Origin: Narcine bancroftii
Taxonomy: Eukaryota
Direction of reading: 5' to 3'
Length of the DNA: 64,000 nucleotides
NCBI RefSeq assembly: GCF_036971445.1
Contig: NC_091469.1
Span: 159,278,001-159,342,000, forward strand
Shown here: piece by piece, positions 24,283-37,144 of the stretch
How positions within the stretch are numbered: position 1 is the first letter of the stretch
Layout: each line of letters begins with the position of its first letter
Translations under genes and position numbers: made by a program
The notes under the pieces: generated by a model
Seen by the model: only the letters and a program-made list of their open reading frames with translations
Databases searched by the model: none
What the model was told of the DNA's origin: nothing

Positions 24283-25400
24283 TGTGACTGAATGTTTTGG
24301 AGAGATAAATTGTGGCAGGGTTTTTAGTGAAGGTCACATACAAACACTTTGAAACAGATCTTATTTAAAATACTGAAGTTCTGCTCATGCAAGACATATT
24401 GGGACCAATAGTCTTTTCAAAAGCTTTGGAGAGTGCCCAAGATACTTCACTAATGGATTGTTGTTTATAAAAAGGTAACAGATGAAAGAGCTTGTCGGAG
24501 CCACATTCTGTCTGGAGTGGAACATGCAGTTTGGCAAGCANNNNNNNNNNNNNNNNNNNNNNNNNNNNNNNNNNNNNNNNNNNNNNNNNNNNNNNNNNNN
24601 NNNNNNNNNNNNNNNNNNNNNNNNNNNNNNNNNNNNNNNNNNNNNNNNNNNNNNNNNNNNNNNNNNNNNNNNNNNNNNNNNNNNNNNNNNNNNNNNNNNN
24701 NNNNNNNNNNNNNNNNNNNNNNNNNNNNNNNNNNNNNNNNNNAATTCTACAGTTAGGCAGTAGCAACAAGAACTGGAACAGGACAAGCTGGAAAGCTTGT
24801 GGAAAACCCCATTTGGAAGACCTGTTGTGGGTGCTTAGTTCAGCCTGGTCAAAGCCCTTGTGGTTCATGCAAGAGGAGACATCTTGTAATAAGAGAAACA
24901 AAAAAGAACTCTGGTAAACTGAAAAAAAAAGAAGTTATCATCTGGAAAACCCTGATGGGCAGGTTTATTCGGCAAGACACTGAAGTACGTGATTAAAAAA
25001 GGAATCAGTTGTGGGTGTCAGTGAACCACGAATCTCTCTCTGAAAACCAACAAGAACCTTCCTGTGTGGTAACCATTTACATTTCAAGCACCAAAAACCT
25101 GCTGAACTTTATAAATGTTAAATTCTGTGCACAGTAAAAGAATTGCCTGCAACTAATGAACTTGGAGGAATGAGAAGTGAGATTGGACTGTGAACCAAAG
25201 AACTTTTCTGAACTTACATAGAGGTACACTTAGATTTAGAAGGGGGTTAAGTTAGGTTTGTTAAGTTAATAGTGATAAGTTAAAGTTTGATTCTGTTTTC
25301 ATTGTTTAAAGATAATTAAAAGCAACTTTTGTTTATGTAAACTTTTGTCTTGGTGAATATCTATTGCTGCTTGGTTTTGGGGTCCATTGGGCTCGTAACA
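24283..25400. mobile_element. Solo LTR copy 3; N gap at 24541-24742
   Basis: TGT...ACA termini; flanks ATAG and ACAG look like a 4-bp TSD with one change. Confidence 0.78.
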
Positions 25401-26395
25401 ACAGGAAGTGGAGGACATGGTGTCTGGGGGAAGGTGAAAAGAAATTCCTGTGACTATGGGGTCTACGGTGGAGATGGCAGTGCCACTGATCAGCAGTATC
25501 AATGAGGAGTTGCATACTCCAGGGAAGCGGAGGGGATGGGTGCAGGGCAGATAAAATGGAGAGACCCCCATCCCCCCGTCTGAGAATGAGAAGCGGAGAT
25601 GACCCATGGGGCGGTGACCAAAAAGGGGTTCTGCAGCTGAGGGACACACACAGGCTGCGGATGCTGGATACTCGAGGCGAGGAATCAATGCATGCTGCGG
25701 GCTGTTGGAGACTGTGGTCAAGGGACTCGTTCCAGGCTGTGGGATGCTAGAGGCCACGGTCAAGGGACTTGGTCTAGGCTGCTGGAGACTGGCTCGAGAC
25801 TGGCTGAAGAGGAACCAAGTATCGGAACTGATTCCTAATTGTGATGGAGGTTTGGATCTCGAGCTCAAGTTGCTGATGGTTTGGACTGGACTCTGTGGCT
25901 GTGCGGGGGGCGGAAGTGGTGGAGGCGAATCTACGGACACTTGGTGACTCTGTGGAGGTGGGTGGTGGGGGGACACTCTCCTTTGCTTCTCTTTCTCTGC
26001 CTGTAAGAGACGCTTCAGGCAATTTCTGCCGATAGGGAATCTGTCTGCCTTACAGCAGGCAAAAGGAAATTTTGTGGACCATGACACTGTTTTATGACAT
26101 GAAAGTAAATTGAACCTTGAATCCTTGATGAAATGCAGTGACCTTGTCAAATGCCTTACGAAATTCTGTGGTTCCCCTTCCTTCCTCTCTACACCATCCA
26201 CTCCCATTCTTATTTCTCACTTTAACCTTCCCATGCTCCCATCACCTCTCCCTCTTCCTGCCTCTCCATGTTCTGTCACCTATCACCTCCTGCCACCCCC
26301 CACCTCCTTCCCCACTGGTAACGTGGATATCGCCCTATCCCACTCATCTCAATAGACGGTCTCGACCTAAAACATTGCCTGTTCCAACTCCGTAC

Positions 26396-26457
26396 CTGAC
26401 GCAGACTGTTGCTTCTTCTCCCCTCTCCCAGCAGGGCTGGTAGAACTTGGAGCGTTC
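26396..26457 (-). CDS. Cytoplasmic exon, 62 bp, phase 2-1 (RNAPSSTSPAGRGEKKQQSAS)
   Basis: ccattttcaacAG acceptor and CAG|GTACGG donor; unique sequence between repeats. Confidence 0.6.
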
Positions 26458-26644
26458 CTGTTGAAAATGGAACCGAGGTTAAGAGATCACAGCACCATCC
26501 CACTTGTGACCTTCCTCCACCCTCACTCACCGTGACCCCTCGCCCCCACACACCAAACAAAGGCAAATGTTGGAGGGTAATTTACAGAGATTCAATATGA
26601 CACAAAATCCATGACACTCAGTGACTCTGAAAGAGCTATAAATG

Positions 26645-26835
26645 TTTAAAGTGTAGACATACAGCATGGAAACAGGCCCTTCGGCCCATGAGCCCATGCT
26701 GCCCAAACACACCTAATTAACTTACAACCCTGTACATTTTGAACGGAGAACTGGAGCCCCTGGGGAAACCCACTGAGACATGGGGAGAACGTACAAACTC
26801 CTTACTGATAGCACGGGATTCGAACCTGGGTCACT
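26645..26835 (-). mobile_element. tRNA-derived V-type SINE
   Basis: B-box GGTTCGAATCC, GGAGTTTGTACGTTCTCCCC core, CR1-like tail. Confidence 0.75.
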
Positions 26836-27426
26836 TATACCTGGGTCTCTTATACCGTAAGGGGCACCAGGAGAACTCATGGTGACTATTTGCTTGTTTT
26901 CCACCAGGCAGAAGCCAATTGCATGTAATATTACATGATCTGTACTATTACATGACAATAAACGAACTTTGAATCAGCTCCAGTAAAAATACCAACATCT
27001 CTACTTTTTGAGAAAATTTGGGATGTCCACAAGACGATAAGACACGGAGGTATCTGTGCTGTAATGTTCTGTGGTTCTATGGTTAACTCAGCAGGTCTTG
27101 CAGGATCCAGAAGAGGTAAATGTGTAGAACCATATTTCAGGCCTGAGCCCTTCCTCAAGGTATGAGCAAATTCCAGGCAGGCGAAACCTGCTGAATTCCT
27201 CCCACACTTTTGTGTTGTTACTATAATTACAACGCCAGCAGACGTTCGTGTTTCATTGGGGAAAGTTCACTGACTGGTTGCATCACAGCCTGGTTGGGGG
27301 ATTCAAGTGCCCTGTAATGCAAAAGGCTGTACATGGTAGCAAGCACAGCCAGGTACAAAAGTCTGAAGACCATCCAACAGCTGTCAGTGCCCTTGATCTT
27401 CAATGTACTGCCCTAACCCTGAAGCC

Positions 27427-28050
27427 ATAGAACATGACAGCACAGGCACAGGCCCTTCAGCCCATCTGGTCCATGCGGAACTATTTATTCAACAGGGTCC
27501 CATTGATGAGCACCCAGACATATCCCCCTCTACTCACATCCATGTACCTGTCCAAATTGTCCTTAAATGCTGAATTAAGCCCTCAGTCACCACTTCAGCT
27601 GGCAGCTTGTTCAACACCCCCACCACCCTCTGTGTGAAGAAGTTCCCCCTCATGTTCCCACTAAACATTTCCCCTTTCATCATGAACCATGTCCTCATGT
27701 TCTTGTCTCACTCAACCTTGGTGGAGAAAGCTGCTTGCATTTACTCTATCCAAACCCCAAATCATTTTGTACACCTCTATCATTCTTCTACACCTAGGGA
27801 ATAAATCCAAACCAGTTTACTCTTTCCCTGTAACTCAGTTCCTGAAGTCCAGGCAACATCCTAGTAAATCTTCTCTGCCCTCTTTCTGTCTTATTGATAT
27901 AATTCCTGTGGTTAGGTGACCAAAATTGCATACAATTCTCCAAATTTGGCCTCACCAATGTCTTAGTGAACTTCAACACAACATCCCAACTCTTACACAC
28001 AAAACCTTGATTTATGAAGGCCATTGTGCCCAGATCTCTCTTCACAACCA
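27427..28050 (-). mobile_element. CR1 LINE 3' fragment
   Basis: LVRPNLENCMQFWSP...RRFTRMLPG. Confidence 0.85.
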
Positions 28051-28225
28051 TCTTGTTTAATCAGCTTAATTGTCCCTGATCTTCACCACGACTTCAGCTT
28101 ACACAATGACTGAAGAAATGAGTCGTTCAAAGGGTGGATCACTTTGGAAATGAGGTCAGGGGTCCCAGAGGCCCACGGGGTCACATTGGGGAAGTTACCC
28201 TTGGCCTAATATCCGATAATCTTAC

Positions 28226-28265
28226 CTTTTTGGACCACTTGTACATATCATCAGACACAGATTCA
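28226..28265 (-). CDS. Cytoplasmic exon, 40 bp (phase 1-2 reading VNLCLMICTSGPK)
   Basis: ttttattccttcAG acceptor and strong AAG|GTAAGA donor; bridges the phases of the TM exon and the 62-bp exon. Confidence 0.6.
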
Positions 28266-28369
28266 CTGAAGGAATAAAAAGGTGATGAAGTATTAACCAT
28301 CAAACCTGAAAACCACCCCGTGTTCCAAGAGGGGAAAAATAAAACAGGTCAAATCAGAGGCTCAGAGGA

Positions 28370-31300
28370 TCTCCCCCGTCACCCACTCTCCCCACGGACA
28401 CTCTCCCCCGTCACCCACTCTCCCCACGGACATTCTCCCCCGTCACCCACTCTCCCCACGGACACTCTCCCCCGTCACCCACTCTCCTCACGGACACTCT
28501 CCCCCGTCACCCACTCTCCCCACGGACACTCTCCCCCGTCACCCACTCTCCCCACGGACACTCTCCCCCGTCACCCACTCTCCCCACGGACACTCTCCCC
28601 CGTCACCCACTCTCCCCACGGACACTCTCCCCCGTCACCCACTCTCCCCACGGACACTCTCCCCCGTCACCCACTCTCCCCACGGACACTCTCCCCCGTC
28701 ACCCACTCTCCCCACGGACACTCTCCCCCGTCACCCACTCTCCCCACGGACACTCTCCCCCGTCACCCACTCTCCCCACGGACACTCTCCCCCGTCACCC
28801 ACTCTCCCCACGGACACTCTCCCCCGTCACCCACTCTCCCCACGGACACTCTCCCCCGTCACCCACTCTCCCCACGGACACTCTCCCCCGTCACCCACTC
28901 TCCCCACGGACACTCTCCCCCGTCACCCACTCTCCCCACGGACACTCTCCCCCGTCACCCACTCTCCCCACGGACACTCTCCCCCGTCACCCACTCTCCC
29001 CACGGACACTCTCCCCCGTCACCCACTATCCCCACGGACACTCTCCCCCGTCACCCACTCTCCCCACGGACACTCTCCCCCGTCACCCACTCTCCCCATG
29101 GACACTCTCCCCCGTCACCCACTCTCCCCACGGACATTCTCCCCCGTCACCCACTCTCCCCACGGACACTCTCCCCCGTCACCCACTCTCCCCACGGACA
29201 TTCTCCCCCGTCACCCACTCACCCCACGGACACTCTCCCCCGTCACCCACTATCCCCACGGACACTCTCCCCCGTCACCCACTCTCCCCATGGACATTTC
29301 CCCCATCACCCTCTCTCCCCACGGACATTCTCCCCCGTCACCCACTCTCCCCACGGACATTCTCCCCCGTCACTCACTCTCCCCACGGACACTCTCCCCA
29401 CGGACACTCTCCCCCGTCACCCACTCTCCCCACGGACACTCTACCCCGTCACCCACTCTTCCCACGGACACTCTCCCCCGTCACCCACTCTCCCCACGGA
29501 CACTCTCCCCCGTCACCCACTCTCCCCACGGACATTCTCCCCCGTCACTCACACTCCCCACGGACACTCTCCCCACGGACATTCTCCCCGTCACCCACTC
29601 TCCCCACGGACACTCTCCCCGTCACCCACTCTCCCCATGGACATTCTCCCCCGTCACCCACTCTCCCCACGGACACTCTCCCCCGTCACCCACTATCCCC
29701 ACGGACACTCTCCCCCGTCACCCACTCTCCCCATGGACATTTCCCCCATCACCCTCTCTCCCCACGGACATTCTCCCCCGTCACCCACTCTCCCCACGGA
29801 CATTCTCCCCCGTCACTCACTCTCCCCACGGACACTCTCCCCACGGACACTCTCCCCCGTCACCCACTCTCCCCACGGACACTCTACCCCGTCACCCACT
29901 CTTCCCACGGACACTCTCCCCCGTCACCCACTCTCCCCACGGACACTCTCCCCCGTCACCCACTCTCCCCACGGACATTCTCCCCCGTCACTCACACTCC
30001 CCACGGACACTCTCCCCACGGACATTCTCCCCGTCACCCACTCTCCCCACGGACACTCTCCCCGTCACCCACTCTCCCCATGGACATTCTCCCCCGTCAC
30101 CCACTCTCCCCACGGACACTCTCCCCCGTCACCCACACTCCCCATGGTCACTCTCCCCCATCACCCACTCTCCCCACGGACACTCTCCCCGTCACCCACA
30201 CTCCCCATGGACATTCTCCCCCGTCACCCACTCTCCCCACGGACACTCCTCCCCATCACCCACTCTCCCCATGGTCACACTCCCTCGACATTCACTCTCC
30301 CCACGGACACTCTCCCTGTCACCCACTCTCCCCATTGTCACTCTCCCCCGTCACCCACTCTCCCCATGGTCACTCTCCCCCGTCACCCACTCTCCCCACA
30401 GACACTCTCCCCGTCACCCACTCTACCCATGGTCACTCTCCCCCGTCACCCACTCTCCCCACGGACATTCTCCCCCGTCACCCACTCTCCCCATGGTCAC
30501 TCTCCCCCATCACCCACTCTCCCCATGGTCACTCTCCCCCGTCACCCACTCTCCCCACGGACACTCTTCCCGTCACCCACTCTCCCCACGGATATTCTCC
30601 CCCATCACCCACTCTCCCCACGGACACTCCTCCCCATCACCCACTCTCCCCATGGTCACACTCCCTCGACATTCACTATCCCCATGGACATTCTCGCCCA
30701 TCACCCACTCTCCCCACGGACACTCTCCCCCATCATCCACTCTCCCCATGGTCTCACTCCCTCAATATTCACTCTCCCCATGGACACTCTTCCCCATCAC
30801 CCACTCTCCCCACGGAAACTCTCTCCCGTCACCCACTCTCCTCACGGACACTCTCCCCCATCATCCACTCTCCCCATGGTCACACTCCCTCGATATTCAC
30901 TCTCCCCATGGTCACTCTCCCCCGTCACCCACTCTCCCCACGGACACTCCTCCCCATCACCCACTCTCCCCATGGTCACACTCCCTCGACATTCACTCTC
31001 CCCATGGACATTCTCGCCCGTCATCCACTCTCCCCACGGACACTCTTCCCCGTCATCCACTCTCCACATGGTCACACTCCCTCGATATTCACTCTCCCCA
31101 TGGACATTCTCGCCCGTCACCCACTCTCCCCACGGACACTCTCCCCCGTCACCCACTCTCCTCACGGACACTCTCCCCCATCACCCACTCTCCCCACGGA
31201 CACTCTCCCCCGTCATTCACTCTCCCCATGGTCACACTCCCTCGATATTCACTCTCCCCATAGACATTCTCCCCCACCTCCCACTCTCCCCATGGACATT

Positions 31301-31930
31301 CTCCCCCACCTCCCACTCTCCCCATGGACATTCTCCCCCACCTCCCACTCTCCCCATGGACATTCTCCCCCACCTCCCACTCTCCCCATGGACATTCTCG
31401 CCCGTCACTCACTCTCCCCATGGTCACTCTCCCCCATCACCCACTCTCCCCACGGACACTCTCCCCCATCACCCACTCTCCCCATGGACATTCTCCCCCA
31501 TCTCCCACTCTCCCCATGGACATTCTCCCCATCACCCACTCTCCCCATGGACATTCTCCCCCACCTCCCACTCTCCCCATGGACATTCTCCCCCATCACC
31601 CACTCTCCCCATGGTCACACTCCCTCAACATCCACTCTCCCCATGGACATTCTCCCCCATCTCCCACTCTCCCCATGGACATTCTCCCCATCACCCACTC
31701 TCCCCATGGACATTCTCCCCCACCTCTCACTCTCCCCATGGACATTCTCCCCCACCTCCCACTCTCCCCATGGACATTCTCCCCCACCTCCCACTCTCGC
31801 CATGGACATTCTCCCCCACCTCCCACTCTCCCCAAGGACATTCTCCCCCACCTCCCACTCTTGCCATGGACATTCTCCCCCACCTCCCACTCTCCCCATG
31901 GACATTCTCCCCCATCACCCACTCTCCCCA
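28370..31930. repeat. 32-bp tandem satellite (CTCTCCCCCGTCACCCACTCTCCCCACGGACA)n, ~3.6 kb
   Basis: Period of 32 bp, matching the 32-aa repeat in the artefactual ORFs; homogeneous on the left and diverged on the right. Confidence 0.97.
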
Positions 31931-32259
31931 AAGACACTATCCAACATGAACACTCATCCCCATCACTGACCCCCTCCCCATTGAATCCCCTCCAACACCA
32001 TGGAGTCACATGACAAATGCTGCACGATATTTATAACCTCGCTCACCAAGCTGTAATTACACCTTTTGGCAACATGAATGGATCAGAATGGAACAGAGAT
32101 TTATCACAATGGCAGTGAAGAATGAGGCCATTCGGCCCATGCTATCCATGCTAACTTCAGATCCAGTCTTTTCAAAGTTCCCCGCCAGTCCCTGAGATTC
32201 AACTCTTGTTTGAACCAGCTGATGGTTTGAGTGGGCAAGGAGTGGACCAGTGGGACTCG

Positions 32260-33065
32260 CCACAGCACAAGTGGGCGGGAACTGCAGGTCATGTGACATG
32301 TGCAGGAAGTAAAGGGTGGCCAACATTTCGGGTCTTGACGCTTGGTCAAGATACGAGCAAAAAGGAGGTAGGTGCCTGAATAAAAAAGTGGGGAGGAGAA
32401 AGGAGGAGAGGAGGGAGGAAAGGGAAGGGGGTGGGAAACACAGGCTGACAGGTGAAAGATGGAGACGGGTGGGAGGGGAGAAGAGGAAGAAACTGAGAAG
32501 TGATGGGGGAGGGTAACTCTCCAAATGGAGAGGGAAGGGGGAAAGGAGACAGAGGGAGAGGGAAAGAAAGTCTCAGGGAATGGGGTTCATGGAAATTGAA
32601 GGTTGTCTCTGGTTGTGGGGGGTGGGGGGAGCAGATGGAATATTAGGTATTATTCCTCCAATTTGTAGGTGCCCTTGGTTTGGCCATGTGTCAGGACATG
32701 GACAGACATGTCAGTGTTGGAATGGTGCAGGAAATTAAAATGGTTGGCCACTGGGTGGTCCTTGCTGTAGACAGAGTGAAGATGCTCAGCGAAGCCATGT
32801 CTCTGTCTATGCCCCATCTCTCTGATGTAGAGGAGACCACAATGGGAGCACCGGATGCAGTAGATAACCCCTGTAGATTCACAAGAGAAGTGTTGCTTCA
32901 CTTGGAAGGACTGTTTGGGGCCCGAAATGGTGCTGAGGGAGGAGGTGTGGGTGCAGGTGGAGCATCTCCTGCGGTCATAGGGGCAGGTGCCAAGGAGGCG
33001 ATCGGGTGGGAAGGGAGGAGTGGACTAGGGTGTCACGGAGGGATTGGTCCCTGGGGAAAGTGAAG
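32260..33065 (-). mobile_element. Penelope-like element fragment (GIY-YIG endonuclease)
   Basis: FSCESTGVIYCIRCSHCGLLYI...EHL...PVANHFN...HSNTDMSV...KLEE. Confidence 0.85.
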
Positions 33066-33134
33066 GGAGGTTTGAATGGGGTGTTGGGAAACCAGGCAAC
33101 TGGGGAGGGGCAGCAGAGATCACCCAACTTAATT

Positions 33135-33340
33135 TAAATTGGGACATGCAGCACAGTAACAGGCCCTTCCAGCCCACGAGCCCGTGCCTCCAAAATACCT
33201 CAATTACCCTAGAGCACCTGGGAAAAACCCAACACAGGTCATAGGGAGAACGTGCAAACTCCTTACAGACAGCGCTGGATTTGAACCCGGGTGTCTTCCG
33301 CTGTTACAATGTTGCCCTAGCCACTATGCCAACTGTGCCA
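33135..33340 (-). mobile_element. tRNA-derived V-type SINE
   Basis: A/B boxes and GGAGTTTGCACGTTCTCCC core. Confidence 0.75.
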
Positions 33341-33480
33341 TTCAACCTTTGTTGGACAACTCACTCCCACTTCACCCCCCTGCATCCAGCACCGCCAGTA
33401 AAATAGAGATTAGTTAGTGAGCTGATCAGTTCGTCATCCTTCAGAGAGAGATGTGTTTGGTCAGTGAGAGAGGAGCTCAC

Positions 33481-33570
33481 CTTTTTTCTGGAAGATGAGA
33501 AGGATGATGCCAAGTGTCATCAGGAGAACCAGGAGAACCGGCACATAAATGAAGATGGGGTTCAACGAGA
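33481..33570 (-). CDS. Transmembrane exon, 90 bp, phase 1-1 (VSLNPIFIYVPVLLVLLMTLGIILLIFQKK)
   Basis: ctctctttcccAG acceptor and AAG|GTGAGC donor; 22-residue hydrophobic run followed by KK. Confidence 0.85.
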
Positions 33571-34099
33571 CTGGGAAAGAGAGTGAGAACAATGTTGGTG
33601 CATTGAACGTTGAGTCCTTGCCCCTCAAAGGACGGAGGACAAATGAGACTGCTGCACCCCCCAACACCCACCAGGTTCCATCTGGTCATCTCCCCCTCCT
33701 CACCCAATTCCCCCATCAATTACCTAACCCCCTTCTCCTCCACCTGGTATCCCATCCCTTACCTGTCCCACCCCTCTCTTGGCCACCTGGTTCACTCCAT
33801 CACCGACCTGTCTCACCCCCCTCCCCGCCACCTGGTTCCCCCATCACTTAACTGTTCCCTTTTCCCCCCACCTGGTTCTATCTGCCCAGAATCCACCCTC
33901 ACTTTGTTTACGAGGATGTTGCCGGAACTTGAGGAACTGAGTTACAGGGAAAGGTTAAACAGGATAGGACTTTTTTCCTTGGAGCGTAGAAGAATGATTA
34001 GGGCCAGGGAGCCATTCAGATAATAGATAAGGACATGGAAAAAGAGGGAGAGCTGTTAAAGCAGCCAGTGATGGGGGGCGGTGGAGGGGTGGGGGTGGG

Positions 34100-35100
34100 G
34101 GGTGAGAGGGGCATGGTGGCCTTATCTGCGGTGGCTGAGGAAGAATTTGCTCCCAGTAAGGGAAGAGTGGAAAGTTTCTTTCATTAAGCTAGTTAATTAA
34201 CTGAGGAATTGGGTAATAGAGGCAGTTGTTAGGCCAGTCCAGTGTTCCGGCTGCAGGATGTGGGAAGTCAGGGACAACACTTTGTTGCCAATGACGACAC
34301 CTGCAAGAGGTGCATCCAGCTGCAGCTCCTGATAAACGGAGTTAGGGAACTGGAGCTGCAGCTGGATGAACTTTGGATCATTGGGTTGGCAGAGGCAGTG
34401 ATGGAGAGGAGTTTGAGGGAGGCAGGAACCCCTAAGAGTCAGGAGGCAGGCAGCTGGGTGACAGTTGGGAAGGCAAGGGGAAGGGGTAGAAGAACCCCTG
34501 TGGCTGTTCCCATCACCAATCATTGTGCTGTATTGGATACAGTTGGTGGAAAGGAAATGATCTCTGCATCTATTTCAATGTGAGGAGTATTGTCGGTAAG
34601 GTAGATGAGCTGAGGGAGTGGATGGGCACGTGGGATTATGATGTTATTGCTTGAGTGAGACTTGGTTGCAGGGCTGGCAGTTGCATGTTCTGGAGTTCCA
34701 TTGTTTCAGATGGATAGAGGGGGAGGGCTGAGAGGGGGAGGAGTGGTGTTGCAAGTCAGGGAAATTATCACAGCTGAGCTTAGACAGGACAGACCAGAGG
34801 TCTCGTCTACAGAAGCCATTTGGGTGGAACAATGGAATTGGAAAGGTGTGAACACACTAATAGGCTTGTATTATAGACCACCCAATAGTTTGTGAGAATT
34901 GGAGGCACAAATCGGTCAGGAGCTGGCAGACCATTGTAAGAAACAAAGTTGTGGTAGTAGGCGATTTTAATTTTCCACATATTGATTGGAACTCCCATAC
35001 TGTAAAAGGACTGGGTGGCTTAGGAGTTTGTCAGATGTGTACAGGAAAGTTTTCAAAATCAATGTATAGATGAATCAATGAGAGAGGATGCAATACTCGA
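34100..35100 (+). mobile_element. Old CR1 5' portion (ORF1 Cys-finger/leucine-zipper and endonuclease remnants)
   Basis: CKRCIQLQLLINGVRELELQLDEL, GGGVVL and GLYYRPPNS motifs. Confidence 0.75.
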
Positions 35101-36123
35101 CATGGAGAATGAAGAAATTAAAACTGAGACTAAGGTCCTGAATTTAAATAAATGGAATTATGATGGTATGAGACGGGTGTTGTGTAAGATTGATTGGGTG
35201 GTGTTTCTGGGGGAGTTGACAGTGGATAGACAATGGAAAGCATTAGCAGATCTAATGGAGAAATTGCAGAAATCATTTATACCGGTTTGGCATAAAAAAT
35301 AAACCAAAAAAGGTGACTCAACCGTGGATAACAAGGGAAATTAGAGACACCATTAGGTCCAAAGAGAGAGCATATCAATTGGCCAAAAAAAGTACCAAAT
35401 CCGAAAACTGGGAACAGTTCAAGATGCACCAAAGGGGGACAAAAGGATTAATCAAGAGGGCAAAAATAAATTACGAAAGTAAGCTTGCGGCAAACATAAA
35501 AACCAACTGCAAAAGCTTTTATAAATATGTCAAGAGGAAAATATTGGTGAAATCCAGAGTAGGTCCTTTGCAGTCGGAATCAGGGGAATATATAATGGGG
35601 AATAAGGAAATGGCAGACCAATTAAATTCTTACTTTAGTTCTGTTTTCACAAGAGAGGATACAAATAACCTCCCAAGGATGTTGGGAAACATAGAGACTA
35701 ATACAAGGGAGGAACTGAAAGAAATCAGTATCTCTAAGGACATGGTCTTGGGGAAATTGAAGGGATTGAAGGCAGATAAATCCCAAGGGCCTGATAATTT
35801 ACATCCTAGGGTACTTAAGGAAATGGCCATTCAGATAGCAGATGCTTTAAGAATTATTTTCCAGAATTCAATTGACTCAGGATCAGTACCCATGGATTGG
35901 AGGGTAGCTAATGTTACCCCACTATTTAAAAAGGGGGTAGAGAAAAAACGGGGAATTATCGGCCGGTGAGCCTTACATCAGTAGTGGGCAAAATGAAGGA
36001 ATCCATTATTAAGGATGTAATAGCAGAGCATATGACTAGCAGAGAAGGGATCGGACGGAGTCAACATGGATTTACAAAAGGTAAATCGTGCTTGACAAAT
36101 CTATTGGAATTCTTTGAGATGGT

Positions 36124-36599
36124 TGTGATATAGAGAATTTAGGTTAAAAAGACTTAAGTTAAAATGTGATGATTAATCATAAACAGGGAAGCCAGAACGG
36201 ACAGAGAGTTTACTAGCAGTCAAGGACAGAAGGAGCTGCTGAATATGTTTTTTTAAACCTATCTTTTCATGGTCATAGTGAGAGACATGCAGGAGACAAA
36301 GGATTGATAAGAAGTGTGAGAAACAGAATTCAGTGAATGTAGAGTTCACAGCGTACGTAACGAACGTGATAATTAATAATGCAGTTATACTTAGAATGTT
36401 TTTGTAATACTAACCAATTAAAACAGTATTAATAAGAAGGGGAAGGGCAAATAATAAAGGTATAAAAATCAATGCACTGTATGTATCGGGGCTTAACTGG
36501 TGAGAAACCAGTTGAGTCCAACTCTGCAGACTTGTAAATAAAGCTTGTCGTGTCATCAGTTTTAAAGAGACTCATGTGTGAGAAGTTTTATTTCTGACA
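36124..36599 (+). promoter_or_regulatory. 5' LTR (476 bp) with CCAAT at 36414, TATA at 36461 and AATAAA at 36537
   Basis: Direct repeat of 43955-44430. Confidence 0.96.
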
Positions 36600-36601
36600 A
36601 A

Positions 36602-36619
36602 TGGGGGCTCGTCCGGGAT
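36602..36619 (+). promoter_or_regulatory. Primer binding site, tRNA-Pro
   Basis: TGGGGGCTCGTCCGGGAT, the MLV-type Pro PBS, 2 nt after the LTR. Confidence 0.95.
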
Positions 36620-37144
36620 CTACACTCCGGCCGTGAGGGGAGGCGAGAAGAGGGACATCGGAGGCGGTGCACCCCGCTGAGTTCAGCGGCTCCTAGTCCC
36701 TTGCTCGTCGCTTCGGGCGGCTTGAGCGAGTGGTATCCGGACAGGGTGACACGACAAGACGGAGAGGAGAAGGGTGACGGTTCAATCCCCGGGAAGACAC
36801 CGGTAAGTGACGACTTACGATTGTGGTGTGGGGATTGGGTAACAGGTGTAACGGGATACACCTGTTTGGATAAAAACCTAACGGAATAGATTAAGTATAG
36901 ATCTTTTGTCGTTGTGTGAGGACCCTGTCGCGGGACTCTAGGATAGACCCCAGGGAAACCTCGGCGGTAACCGAAGGAGGGATAGCACCTCCGACGAAGT
37001 GCCGAGAAGAGAGGGGTCAACCCCAGGAAAACCTCAGCGGTAACCGAAGGAGGGACAGCACCTCCGACGAGGCGTCTGAGAGGAAGGGAGTAGGGTCCAG
37101 AGCGAGAGGGTCCTCAGCAACGATAAACAGATCTAGGTGGGAAA

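Noticed and set aside
10240-25400. LTR-X-LTR as a non-autonomous LTR retrotransposon
   Set aside because: X has no PBS or PPT and consists of intron sequence, host exons and old LINE fragments; the outer flanks share no TSD
28370-31930. CRISPR-like periodicity
   Set aside because: Head-to-tail repeats without unique spacers, vertebrate context, no cas genes
28320-32013. 1209-, 721- and 629-aa Pro/His/Ser/Thr-rich ORFs
   Set aside because: They arise from a stop-free C-rich 32-bp satellite that is open in all three plus frames; there is no sign of real coding
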